From the NCBI GenBank assembly GCA_035546575.1, contig DASZWN010000002.1:257056-321055 (forward strand): a stretch of DNA of 64,000 nucleotides, read 5' to 3'. Within the stretch, counting starts at the first letter, position 1. The number at the start of each line of letters is the position of its first letter. Source of the stretch: Minisyncoccota bacterium (lineage in GTDB: Bacteria; Patescibacteriota; Minisyncoccia; Phycocordibacterales; SBAW01). Shown in pieces: positions 19,500 through 30,540 of the stretch. Position numbers and translations under genes: made by a program. The notes beneath the pieces are model-generated. The model did no database searches. It was not told where the DNA came from and saw only the letters and a list, made by a program, of their open reading frames with translations.

Positions 19500-19558
19500 G
19501 CCGGAGTGGCGGAACCTGCCTGCCGGCAGGCAGGTTGGTATACGCGCACGACTCAAAA
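19500..19558 (+). pseudogene. Duplicated 5' half of tRNA-Leu(CAA), interrupted by the 20-bp palindrome
   Basis: 39 nt identical to 19803-19841 once 19515-19534 is removed. Confidence 0.92.
19515..19534. repeat. 20-bp palindrome family A, copy 2 (perfect palindrome)
   Basis: CCTGCCTGCCGGCAGGCAGG. Confidence 0.95.
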
Positions 19559-19568
19559 GAGACGATGT

Positions 19569-19802
19569 ATGTATTACGTATACGCCATCAAAAGTAGCCT
19601 TAGAAACTATCTGTACGTCGGCCTAACTGCGGATATTGAGAGACGATTAAGTGAGCACAATAAAGGCCGAAATAAAACGACTCGACCATATAGACCATTT
19701 ACGCTAGTGTATAGCGAGGCCTTGTCGGATAGAAGGTCGGCAAGGAGTAGAGAAAAATACCTTAAATCAGGAGTTGGTAAGGAATTCCTGAAAAATAAAT
19801 AA
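19569..19802 (+). CDS. Small stand-alone GIY-YIG nuclease
   Basis: MYYVYAI...LYVGLT..IERRLSEHN...AR.RE..LK; 77 aa; stop codon abuts tRNA-Leu. Confidence 0.92.
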   Translation: MYYVYAIKSSLRNYLYVGLTADIERRLSEHNKGRNKTTRPYRPFTLVYSEALSDRRSARSREKYLKSGVGKEFLKNK

Positions 19803-19884
19803 GCCGGAGTGGCGGAATTGGTATACGCGCACGACTCAAAATCGTGTCTCGCAAGGGATGGGAGTTCGACTCTCCCCTCCGGCA
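19803..19884 (+). tRNA. tRNA-Leu(CAA)
   Basis: GCCGGAG...CTCCGGCA; anticodon arm CACGA-CTCAAAA-TCGTG; long variable arm. Confidence 0.95.
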
Positions 19885-19949
19885 CAACGTTTATTTTCCA
19901 CTAGTTTATGATATTGTGCTGCTAGCTCGAACCTTGAAGGAGATATTCC

Positions 19950-20669
19950 GTGGCTTCAACAAGACTGGTTTTCGCATGTGACGTGAGTGAGCCTGGTCTA
20001 GGACGCCATCTGATTAACCTGGCGGCTCCTGAGATAGACGTCGTTAAGACCGGCCTCGAGGCAATGACTGCCGAGGACGACATGGGCGAGACTCTTGCGA
20101 GAGGATTTCGCATCAGAGCCCAGGAGCTTGGGAAAGGTTGCATGTGGGACATGAAGCTTCTCGACATCGGCAATACAATGGCCGCTGCAGTGCGCAACAT
20201 CGTGCGACATGGCTCGACCCTTTTCACCCTCCATGCCATGGCCAGCAACGACGCACTGCAAGCAGTGGTGCAAGCCACAGCTGGCACAAAATCTCTGCCG
20301 CTCGCGGTCACGGTCTTGACCGACTTGGACGATCCGCAGTGTATCTCACGCTTTGGAGTTGATTCCAACACGTCAGTACTGCATTTCGCGAAGATCGCCT
20401 ACGATTGCGGTATTCGCGGATTTGTCTGCTCAGCAAAAGAAGCGAGGGCAATTCGCGATAAATTCCCCGACGTCGTAATCGTCACGCCGGCTATCCGCCC
20501 GTTATGGGCAGTCGGTAAAGATGAGCAGAAGCGGGTTACTACCCCGACCGAGGCAGCGCAAGCTGGGGCTGACTATATCGTCGTCGGTCGGCCTATCTCG
20601 AATCCGCCACTTTCCATGAATCACCGCCAGGCCGCCCGTGAGATCCGCGAGGAACTCTTGGCAGCCTGA
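19950..20669 (+). CDS. pyrF: Orotidine-5'-phosphate decarboxylase
   Basis: DMKLLDIGNT, AVTVLT, VTPAIRP, EQKRVTTP and ADYIVVGRPI. Confidence 0.92.
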   Translation: MASTRLVFACDVSEPGLGRHLINLAAPEIDVVKTGLEAMTAEDDMGETLARGFRIRAQELGKGCMWDMKLLDIGNTMAAAVRNIVRHGSTLFTLHAMASNDALQAVVQATAGTKSLPLAVTVLTDLDDPQCISRFGVDSNTSVLHFAKIAYDCGIRGFVCSAKEARAIRDKFPDVVIVTPAIRPLWAVGKDEQKRVTTPTEAAQAGADYIVVGRPISNPPLSMNHRQAAREIREELLAA

Positions 20670-20768
20670 ATCAATACCGCGCTCCGCCGACTACAATCGG
20701 CAGAGCGCTTTCTTTTTTATACCCAAATGATATGCTCTCCGCAGTTTGTTCCAACCCGGAGAAAAACG

Positions 20769-21425
20769 ATGAACTTCTTGAAGACATTCAAGGAATTGGG
20801 TGCCATCTGGCAGCACGACAGGCACCCCGATCGGCCTTACGCGCTTCTTACGTCGGGCAAAATCAGCGATTTCTTCTTCAATGCGAGCAAGGTGATCGAG
20901 CAGCCACGCGTGCTCGGCGCAGTATCCGACGAGCTCGTGCGCCTGGCGAAGCAGGAAGATCCGGAGCTCTCTCCCGACTTTGTGGTCGGTCCCGCGCAAG
21001 GAGCTATTAGCCTTGCACATGAGGTGGCTGGTTCCTTGCCACCGGCACGCTCCTGGTTTACTGAGCTACCCAAGAATCCCGAAGATGGCACGGATCAGGA
21101 GCTTTTGCGTTTCGAGCCTGGCAGCGAAGCCCTGCTTGGCGTGCGAGTCGAAGATGTGGTGACAACTGGCGGCAGTGCGATGAAGACGAAAGACGCAGTG
21201 TTGCGTCGAAATTCGGCCGTTAAGTTCGCTCCCTTTCTGCTATGCATCGTGAATCGCTCAGGTTCGCCGACGCTTAGCGATGGGACAAAAATCATCTCGC
21301 TCATCTCCGTCACCCCCAAGACCTGGGATCGCGGGTCCAACCCGTTTGTCCCGGGCCGCGGAGAACTGGTGGAGCCTGTACGGCCCAAGGTAAACTGGGA
21401 CGCACTCACTCGTGCATACGACTAG
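20769..21425 (+). CDS. pyrE: Orotate phosphoribosyltransferase-like protein
   Basis: LTSGKISDFFFN and VEDVVTTGGS PRPP-binding loop; adjacent to pyrF. Confidence 0.8.
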   Translation: MNFLKTFKELGAIWQHDRHPDRPYALLTSGKISDFFFNASKVIEQPRVLGAVSDELVRLAKQEDPELSPDFVVGPAQGAISLAHEVAGSLPPARSWFTELPKNPEDGTDQELLRFEPGSEALLGVRVEDVVTTGGSAMKTKDAVLRRNSAVKFAPFLLCIVNRSGSPTLSDGTKIISLISVTPKTWDRGSNPFVPGRGELVEPVRPKVNWDALTRAYD

Positions 21426-21509
21426 AAAAAGCTTAGGAAGAGCTGTTGCGCTTCGCCCATACAGGGCGGAGCGCTTTCTTTTTATACATACATTCGCTAG
21501 ATTGAAGCC

Positions 21510-22418
21510 GTGCACAAGCCAAAAATCATCGCTATCGTTGGTCCTACCGCCTCGGGCAAGTCTGCCCTTGGTATTTTTCTCGCGCAAAAGCTCAGGCGCC
21601 TGCCTGCCGGTAGGCAGGGCGAGATCATCTCTGCCGATTCTCGGCAGGTATACAAAGGCCTCGATATAGGGACCGGCAAAGTAACCAAAAAAGAGATGGC
21701 TGGTATTTCCCACCACCTGCTTGATGTGGCCTCACCTAAAAAAGTATTTACTGTCGACGACTTTATAAAAAAAGCCTCTGCTACAATCACTACCATATAT
21801 GGTAGTGGCCATACGCCGATTATTGTGGGTGGTACCGGCTTGTATATCGATGCGCTTCTGGGCCGCATAAGCATCCCCAGCGTACCGCCCAACGAAGAGC
21901 TACGTACGCAGCTGGAGAAAAAGAGTGCTACTACGCTATTGAAAATACTCCAAAGACTCGACCCCGAGCGCGCTGAAACAGTCGACCAAAAAAACCCTCG
22001 CAGGCTTGTCCGCGCTATCGAGATAGCCAGGGCAATCGGCAAAACTCCGCCCAAAAAAATCGAGGAAAAGTACGAGATCCTATGGCTCGGCCTGAATCCG
22101 TCTGACCAGGTACTCAAGAAAAATATCCATACTCGCCTGCTTGTCCGCATGAAATTAGGAATGGTCGCCGAAGCTAAACGACTTCACGCACAAGGCCTTT
22201 CCTACAAACGCATGCGGGAGCTCGGGCTCGAGTATCGATATCTTGCAATGTACTTGCAAGATACATTAACTAGAGGCGATTTTGAAATACAGCTTGAGCG
22301 CGCCATCTGGCACTACGCCAAACGCCAGCGCACTTGGTTTAAGCGCAATCAAGAGATCCATTGGATAAAAAACAAAACAGAAGCCCTACGGCTAGCAAAA
22401 GGCTTCCTTTCACGCTAA
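21510..22418 (+). CDS. miaA: tRNA dimethylallyltransferase (RLPAGRQ insertion)
   Basis: GPTASGKS, EIISADSRQVY, VGGTGLY and YAKRQRTWF. Confidence 0.97.
   Translation: MHKPKIIAIVGPTASGKSALGIFLAQKLRRLPAGRQGEIISADSRQVYKGLDIGTGKVTKKEMAGISHHLLDVASPKKVFTVDDFIKKASATITTIYGSGHTPIIVGGTGLYIDALLGRISIPSVPPNEELRTQLEKKSATTLLKILQRLDPERAETVDQKNPRRLVRAIEIARAIGKTPPKKIEEKYEILWLGLNPSDQVLKKNIHTRLLVRMKLGMVAEAKRLHAQGLSYKRMRELGLEYRYLAMYLQDTLTRGDFEIQLERAIWHYAKRQRTWFKRNQEIHWIKNKTEALRLAKGFLSR
21599..21618 (+). repeat. 20-bp palindrome family A, copy 3 (in miaA)
   Basis: CCTGCCTGCCGGTAGGCAGG. Confidence 0.95.
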
Positions 22419-22430
22419 TATAGCGCCATT

Positions 22431-22504
22431 GGGCGCTTAGTTTAGTGGTAGAACAGCGGTCTCCAAAACCGCTAGTGGGGGTTCGATTCCCTCAGCGCCC
22501 GCCA
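22431..22504 (+). tRNA. tRNA-Trp(CCA)
   Basis: GCGGT-CTCCAAA-ACCGC; CCA end encoded. Confidence 0.95.
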
Positions 22505-22509
22505 AGGTA

Positions 22510-22668
22510 TTATTTCTTAGCCTCTTTGTGCACGGTTTGAGCCCGGCACCATTTGCAGTACTTTTTGAGCTCTATCTTGCGCTCGACAAGCTTCTTGTTC
22601 TTTGAGCTCCAATAGTTGATCCGCTTGCACTTGGTGCAGGCGAGTTTTATGAGTCTATCTTGTGACAT
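22510..22668 (-). CDS. rpmG: 50S ribosomal protein L33 (not in the ORF track)
   Basis: MSQDRLIKLACTKCKRINYWSSKNKKLVERKIELKKYCKWCRAQTVHKEAKK. Confidence 0.93.
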   Translation of the reverse strand: MSQDRLIKLACTKCKRINYWSSKNKKLVERKIELKKYCKWCRAQTVHKEAKK

Positions 22669-22706
22669 GGCAGAGAGAATATACCCTATAACCCCTTATT
22701 TGGCAA

Positions 22707-23297
22707 CTAAAACTGCATGGCACCTTGGCAAAAGCTGAAACCAAGATTTTGTCCTGCATACAAAGGATTAACTCTCCAAGAAACACTCACCGTATATTTA
22801 AGTTGACACATTTGCGCTTCTGATAACCCAAGCTTGCTCATAAGGAATTTCTCCATATCTTGTCTTACTGTGCCAATTGGTTCCTGCAATAAATCAATAG
22901 TAAAAGTCTGATCTTGGTCTATATACTCTATAACATATGGGGGATTATCGCTGGCAGTAGGATCATCAATACCCTCATTAACATGTGGTCCTATGTAATA
23001 GTGACCAGGGTTTAGTGGATCTTTTGTAGTTGCTGGGTCATTTTTAAAGTCCTTTGCGGCTATTACTCCTCCTCCATATGCCTGTATTGAGCTTTGAGTG
23101 TTTGTTTGAGATGACGAATTAGATCCTGACGGTGAGTTAGTCACAACCGAAGTATTATTACCCGTACCTAGAGTTGTGGGATTATTGGTATTAGTATCAG
23201 GCTCACTCGAAGTGCCCGATATTAATTTCAAAAATATAAACGCGCATATTCCGATAATTACTACCGCCGCTATGATAATAGTTATGAGTTTATTCAT
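22707..23297 (-). CDS. Membrane-anchored exported hypothetical protein
   Basis: N-terminal TM, S/T/N linker and two Cys; AT-rich. Confidence 0.7.
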   Translation of the reverse strand: MNKLITIIIAAVVIIGICAFIFLKLISGTSSEPDTNTNNPTTLGTGNNTSVVTNSPSGSNSSSQTNTQSSIQAYGGGVIAAKDFKNDPATTKDPLNPGHYYIGPHVNEGIDDPTASDNPPYVIEYIDQDQTFTIDLLQEPIGTVRQDMEKFLMSKLGLSEAQMCQLKYTVSVSWRVNPLYAGQNLGFSFCQGAMQF

Positions 23298-23303
23298 ATA
23301 AAT

Positions 23304-24794
23304 TTAGTAGCCTCCATATTTGTCTACACACGCTTGAGATTGAGTATTGTCAGAATTCTGCACCCAAGGTTTATATCCGTCTTGTTGAACAAGGTATGCG
23401 GTTGTTTGAGCATTGCATAGATAGTTGTTAGCGGCTTCGAAACACGGTTGGCAGGCTGCAGTTTTAACTGCAACTCCATTTGCTCCTTTACACATTGCAG
23501 GACAGTTAAGTTCTCCTGTGGGGCTACAAGCAGATCCTACCAGCTTGTTTACTGTAATCATTACTTGCTGCGTGCCACAGGCATTACCATTACAACCAGT
23601 TGATCTGCCGCTATTCTCGGTCATAGCAATGCAAGACATCACATTAGCTTGCGCTGAGGTCAAACCTGCACTCATATAGGTATCTACACTGCAGTTAAGG
23701 TTAGTACATTGAGTCCCCGACCCTCCTTTGCTAGTCCTCCTAATCATAACCGGCTGCGCTATAACACTACCTTGAGCATTAACGCAGGCTTCCTGCTTGT
23801 CGTTATACGTACCCTGCTCGCAGGTAGCCACAACTTCTGTTGCAAGGACTGTGAGTTGAGCGCCTGGCGTACCCAGCACCTGTGTAAGAAGATCCCCAAT
23901 ATTTTTTCCTGTCGGCCTATCATCATTGTCTACGCATTCGATTTTATTCCACCCTTGGAAATACTTATCATTTAAGATCCCGTGCAAGATTGTTTCAATA
24001 ATAAGATAAGCGCCTAGAGCTACTACAAATCCTATAATGGCACTACTAAATATCGCTTTTGCATGCTCAATGTTGTGAAGATTGGTTGCAGAGGTGTAGT
24101 ACAACACTCCTGCCCACGCAAAGAGCGCCATCGCAATAGGAATGGAGAGACCAATTGCAAAGTTAATCACATTTTGTATGAGGCTCACTACACTGCAGGC
24201 TTGGCAGTCGGTGCCATTACATGGGATAAGACCACTTATCTGTCCGGAATTTGAGTTAGTAACACTATTACTTGTACCAGTAGTATTGGCTGATGTGTTA
24301 GTAGTATTGTTAGAATTGAGACTCGATCCTAGACTCCCCGCTTGAGGCGATTGCCCAGCAGCCTGAGATGACTGTTGCTGCGTAGAAGTAGGTTGAGGAT
24401 TTGGTACTACGGCTGGAGCGTCGGGACCGCCGATGTGGACTCTACCCTGAAGGTCGATGTAATTAGTTACTAGGAAATTACCGTCAGGATTTTTGATGTC
24501 TTGCCGGGTGCCAAGCTTGGTACCGGACGTATTCTTCCAGTCGGTGTACGTATAGACAAAGTTCGGCTGCGGCGAATCTATGGCAGATATAGCGCCATGC
24601 GTATCAATAAAATTACTAAAATATCTCCCGCTTATTACATCGTGCAAACCCTGTATTGTACCAACACCGTCACGGCCGGAATATGCGGTGTAAAAATAAT
24701 CGTTTGGAGACATCGGGGCAGCAAGAGCCATCAGCGGCAACAGGAGCCCGATACATGACGCAAAAAAGAGCAGGACACGGCGTCTAAAAGCCAT
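23304..24794 (-). CDS. Secreted TrbC/VirB2-like pilin fused to a Cys-rich, possibly lysozyme-like domain
   Basis: Signal peptide; LIPC..C.AC + two TM helices (FAWAGVLY...AKAIFSSAIIG); C-terminal CIAMTENSG...YKPW. Confidence 0.65.
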   Translation of the reverse strand: MAFRRRVLLFFASCIGLLLPLMALAAPMSPNDYFYTAYSGRDGVGTIQGLHDVISGRYFSNFIDTHGAISAIDSPQPNFVYTYTDWKNTSGTKLGTRQDIKNPDGNFLVTNYIDLQGRVHIGGPDAPAVVPNPQPTSTQQQSSQAAGQSPQAGSLGSSLNSNNTTNTSANTTGTSNSVTNSNSGQISGLIPCNGTDCQACSVVSLIQNVINFAIGLSIPIAMALFAWAGVLYYTSATNLHNIEHAKAIFSSAIIGFVVALGAYLIIETILHGILNDKYFQGWNKIECVDNDDRPTGKNIGDLLTQVLGTPGAQLTVLATEVVATCEQGTYNDKQEACVNAQGSVIAQPVMIRRTSKGGSGTQCTNLNCSVDTYMSAGLTSAQANVMSCIAMTENSGRSTGCNGNACGTQQVMITVNKLVGSACSPTGELNCPAMCKGANGVAVKTAACQPCFEAANNYLCNAQTTAYLVQQDGYKPWVQNSDNTQSQACVDKYGGY

Positions 24795-24838
24795 GCACTA
24801 ATCATAGCACCAGTTTTTGGTGCAAACCCTAGGGTGTG

Positions 24839-24921
24839 TGCGCCGGGCAGGATTCGAACCTGCGTAGCCCGAAGGCGACAGATTTACAGTCTGTTGTAAT
24901 TGACCACTCTACCACCGACGC
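24839..24921 (-). tRNA. tRNA-Tyr(GTA)
   Basis: ACAGA-CTGTAAA-TCTGT; long variable arm. Confidence 0.95.
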
Positions 24922-25005
24922 GTGGGAGAACCTCTATAAAATACTCTATAAATCCAAAAACTAAAAGGCACCCTAGAAGGGTGCCTTTTGTCTATTATTT
25001 TAATT

Positions 25006-27705
<2,700 letters not shown>

Positions 27706-27717
27706 ATATATAGTGTA

Positions 27718-28536
27718 TTACGAACTAACGGGAGCGCCAGTGGTGCTGGGAGGAGGGTTTGCAGGTGCTTGAACAGTTGCTTTTTGCTGCGCTGCGAGCG
27801 TGTAGGAACCTGCGTCGTTGTCTGCGGTATAGATCCCTATCACTTCTCCGAACAGAGTCATCAAAACGGAGCCCGAGGTTGCAGAGGATACGCTTGCCTG
27901 TATGAGATTTGGATTATCTTTGCTCGGGAGGGTCGCTATGACACCGCTTCCAACGGTATCGGCACCGCCGCCGCCTATTCTTATTACACTTTGGCCGAGA
28001 GAAAGTTTCGTGGCGTCGGCAAGCACAGCAGGAGCAAATCCGGTCGAGGTTCCTACTGCCACGTCTATATATAAGAGCGATGTCGTAGTTGCTGCCGTGC
28101 GCGGAACTGCCGCAAATCGCTCGCCCGACGGGAGGATTGCCTCAAACTCGGTTGCTGTTGACGCAGTAAGTGCCGACTTGTCGGTGATCGCGGCGCCTTT
28201 GCTGTCGATAATCAGCCCGCGAGCAATCAAGGTATCGCCGCCCTTTGCGACAATGCGGATCATGCTTTTTTGCACTTTTGCTATCGACTGAGCCGCGAGG
28301 TCGTCGTCTTTTACTACCACCGTCTTTTCGGTCGTGGTGACCGCTGCGGCACCCTGGGTAGCCGGGATAACCTTTTCTACCGTATGCTCGACAATCTGAT
28401 TAACCACCCTGGTGACCCCTGCCGGCGCCTGATCCATCAATGAAACGGTGACGATACCGGTTGCTATAGATGTGACGAACGAGACCAGAAGTGTGAGCAG
28501 AATGATTTGGTGTTTAGTCAGTTGCTCGAGGTTCAT
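27718..28536 (-). CDS. Membrane-anchored trypsin-like (HtrA-like) protein with degenerate active site
   Basis: LLVSFVTSIATGIVTVSL; LGQSVIRIG; ATSGSVLMTLFGEVIGI where GNSGGP is expected. Confidence 0.65.
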   Translation of the reverse strand: MNLEQLTKHQIILLTLLVSFVTSIATGIVTVSLMDQAPAGVTRVVNQIVEHTVEKVIPATQGAAAVTTTEKTVVVKDDDLAAQSIAKVQKSMIRIVAKGGDTLIARGLIIDSKGAAITDKSALTASTATEFEAILPSGERFAAVPRTAATTTSLLYIDVAVGTSTGFAPAVLADATKLSLGQSVIRIGGGGADTVGSGVIATLPSKDNPNLIQASVSSATSGSVLMTLFGEVIGIYTADNDAGSYTLAAQQKATVQAPANPPPSTTGAPVSS

Positions 28537-28624
28537 ACAGTTAGCCTTATTCTATCACTAAAAGTAGAAATCGCCAGGCCCGCGAGGGTCTGGCGATTGT
28601 TTTTGGAGCGAAAGTCAGATTGGT

Positions 28625-30451
28625 CTACTCGACCGTCACCGACTTCGCGAGATTGCGCGGCTGGTCGACGTCGGTCCCGAGCTTCACGGCCGTGTGATAG
28701 GCCAAGAATTGCACCGGGATCGCGTATACAAGCGGCGTAAGCACGGAGGCCATCTCCGGAAGGACAAAGGTTGCCATGGTTTTGACAGCCGCGGCTTTCT
28801 TGCCCTTCTGGTCGGTGATCAAGATGATTCGGCCTCCGCGAGCGGCGACCTCCTGCATGTTTGACACCGTTTTCTCGAAGATCTCGTTGTGCGGAGCGAT
28901 GACGATAACCGGCATCGCTTCGTCGATCAGCGCGATCGGTCCATGCTTGAGCTCGCCTGCGGCGTAACCCTCGGCATGAATGTAGGAGATCTCCTTGAGT
29001 TTGAGTGCGCCCTCCATCGCGATCGGGAACGAAGTCCCCCGACCAAGATACAGAACGTCCTTGGCTTGCATGAGATCTTGCGCCAATGCCTCGAACTGAG
29101 GCTCCAGACGCAACGCCTCACTCATGAGCCGCGGCACCTCGCTGATCGCGTGGACGAGATCTTTCTCGTCTGCTTCAGTGAGATATCCCCGCGCCTTCCC
29201 CGCCGCAACCGCGAGCGAGACAAGCACCGCGAGCTGCGAGGTAAAGGCCTTGGTCGACGCGACACCGACTTCCGGCCCTGCCAGAGTCGGCAGAATGTAG
29301 TCGGCTTCGCGAGCGATCGTCGAGCCTTGCACGTTGACGATCGCCGCGACCTTCTGGCCTTGCGACTTGGCGTAGCGCAGCGAGGCCAGCGTGTCCGCCG
29401 TCTCGCCCGACTGCGACACTACGATCGAAAGTCCGTGTTTCGGGAGCGGTTGCTCCCGATAGCGAAATTCCGACGCGATGTCGATGTCGACCGGAAGCCT
29501 CGCAAGCCGCTCGAACCAATACTTGGCGACAAGCCCGGCGTAGTATGCCGTGCCGCACGCCGTGATCGAAAGCCGATCAAGGCTTGCGAAGTCGATATGG
29601 ACGCCTTCCGGCAAGACTGCGTATCCTGCCGAAAAGTCGAGATAGCGAGCCAGCGTATGGCCTACAACCTCGGGCTGTTCGTGGATTTCCTTCGCCATGA
29701 AGTGGCGATAATTTCCCTTGTCAGCCATCAGGCTCGAAGCATTCGTGTACACCATCGGCCGCTTAACCGTGATATTGTTCTCGTCGTAGATCTTGGCACC
29801 CGAGCGAGTAAGCACTGCCCAGTCACCATCCTCGAGATACGTCACGCGATTGGTAAACGGAGCGAGCGCTACGGCGTCGGAGCCGAAGAACATCTCTCCA
29901 TCGCCGTGACCAATAGCAAGCGGCGCGCCTTTCCGAGCGCCGATCATCAGATTGTCCTGGCCCTCGAAGATGATCGCGAGCGAGAACGCACCGGTGAGGC
30001 GCTTGAGCACGTCTCGAACGACATTCTCGGGCACGGGCTCCTTCTTGAACCCTTGCTCAAGAAGCTGCGCCACCACTTCGGTGTCGGTGTCGGTATCGAA
30101 CTGCACGCCGCCTGCGATCAGCTCGTCCTTGAGCTCACGGAAGTTCTCGATGATGCCGTTGTGCACCAGCGCGAGACGCGGGGTTGCGTGCGGGTGCGCA
30201 TTGCGCTCCGTCGGAGCGCCGTGCGTTGCCCAACGCGTATGACCGATGCCGGTCTTGCCGGACAGCGGCTCTTGGTCGAGCTTCGCTTCGAGATTCTTGA
30301 GCTTCCCCTCGGCGCGACGCCGAGTGAGATGCCCATCTTCGAGAGTTGCCACGCCCGCGGAATCGTATCCGCGGTACTCAAGGCGCTTGAGAGCGTCGAC
30401 GAGTAGCGGGGCTACGGGACCTTGCCCGAGTATTCCAACGATTCCACACAT
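28625..30451 (-). CDS. glmS: Glutamine--fructose-6-phosphate aminotransferase
   Basis: MCGIVG, RLEYRGYDSAG, GHTRWATHG, SQSGETADT and DQPRNLAKSVTVE. Confidence 0.98.
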   Translation of the reverse strand: MCGIVGILGQGPVAPLLVDALKRLEYRGYDSAGVATLEDGHLTRRRAEGKLKNLEAKLDQEPLSGKTGIGHTRWATHGAPTERNAHPHATPRLALVHNGIIENFRELKDELIAGGVQFDTDTDTEVVAQLLEQGFKKEPVPENVVRDVLKRLTGAFSLAIIFEGQDNLMIGARKGAPLAIGHGDGEMFFGSDAVALAPFTNRVTYLEDGDWAVLTRSGAKIYDENNITVKRPMVYTNASSLMADKGNYRHFMAKEIHEQPEVVGHTLARYLDFSAGYAVLPEGVHIDFASLDRLSITACGTAYYAGLVAKYWFERLARLPVDIDIASEFRYREQPLPKHGLSIVVSQSGETADTLASLRYAKSQGQKVAAIVNVQGSTIAREADYILPTLAGPEVGVASTKAFTSQLAVLVSLAVAAGKARGYLTEADEKDLVHAISEVPRLMSEALRLEPQFEALAQDLMQAKDVLYLGRGTSFPIAMEGALKLKEISYIHAEGYAAGELKHGPIALIDEAMPVIVIAPHNEIFEKTVSNMQEVAARGGRIILITDQKGKKAAAVKTMATFVLPEMASVLTPLVYAIPVQFLAYHTAVKLGTDVDQPRNLAKSVTVE

Positions 30452-30540
30452 GGGTTTTGTACCCTTTCTAACTGTTGTTATAGAAGAACGTTCCATCCGT
30501 ATAGACGGACGAAATTGCTGGGCAATACAGTACTACAAAC

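Noticed and set aside
19506-19568. N-terminal extension of the GIY-YIG protein
   Set aside because: It is read through the tRNA fragment and palindrome; the family-typical start is MYYVY at 19569.
28889-30406. Long antisense ORFs (505 aa opposite glmS; also 37515-38819 and 43158-44129)
   Set aside because: Shadow ORFs of GC-rich real genes, with no recognisable motifs.
30452-30540. glmS ribozyme upstream of glmS
   Set aside because: The leader is short and lacks the AGCGCC...GACGAGG core.
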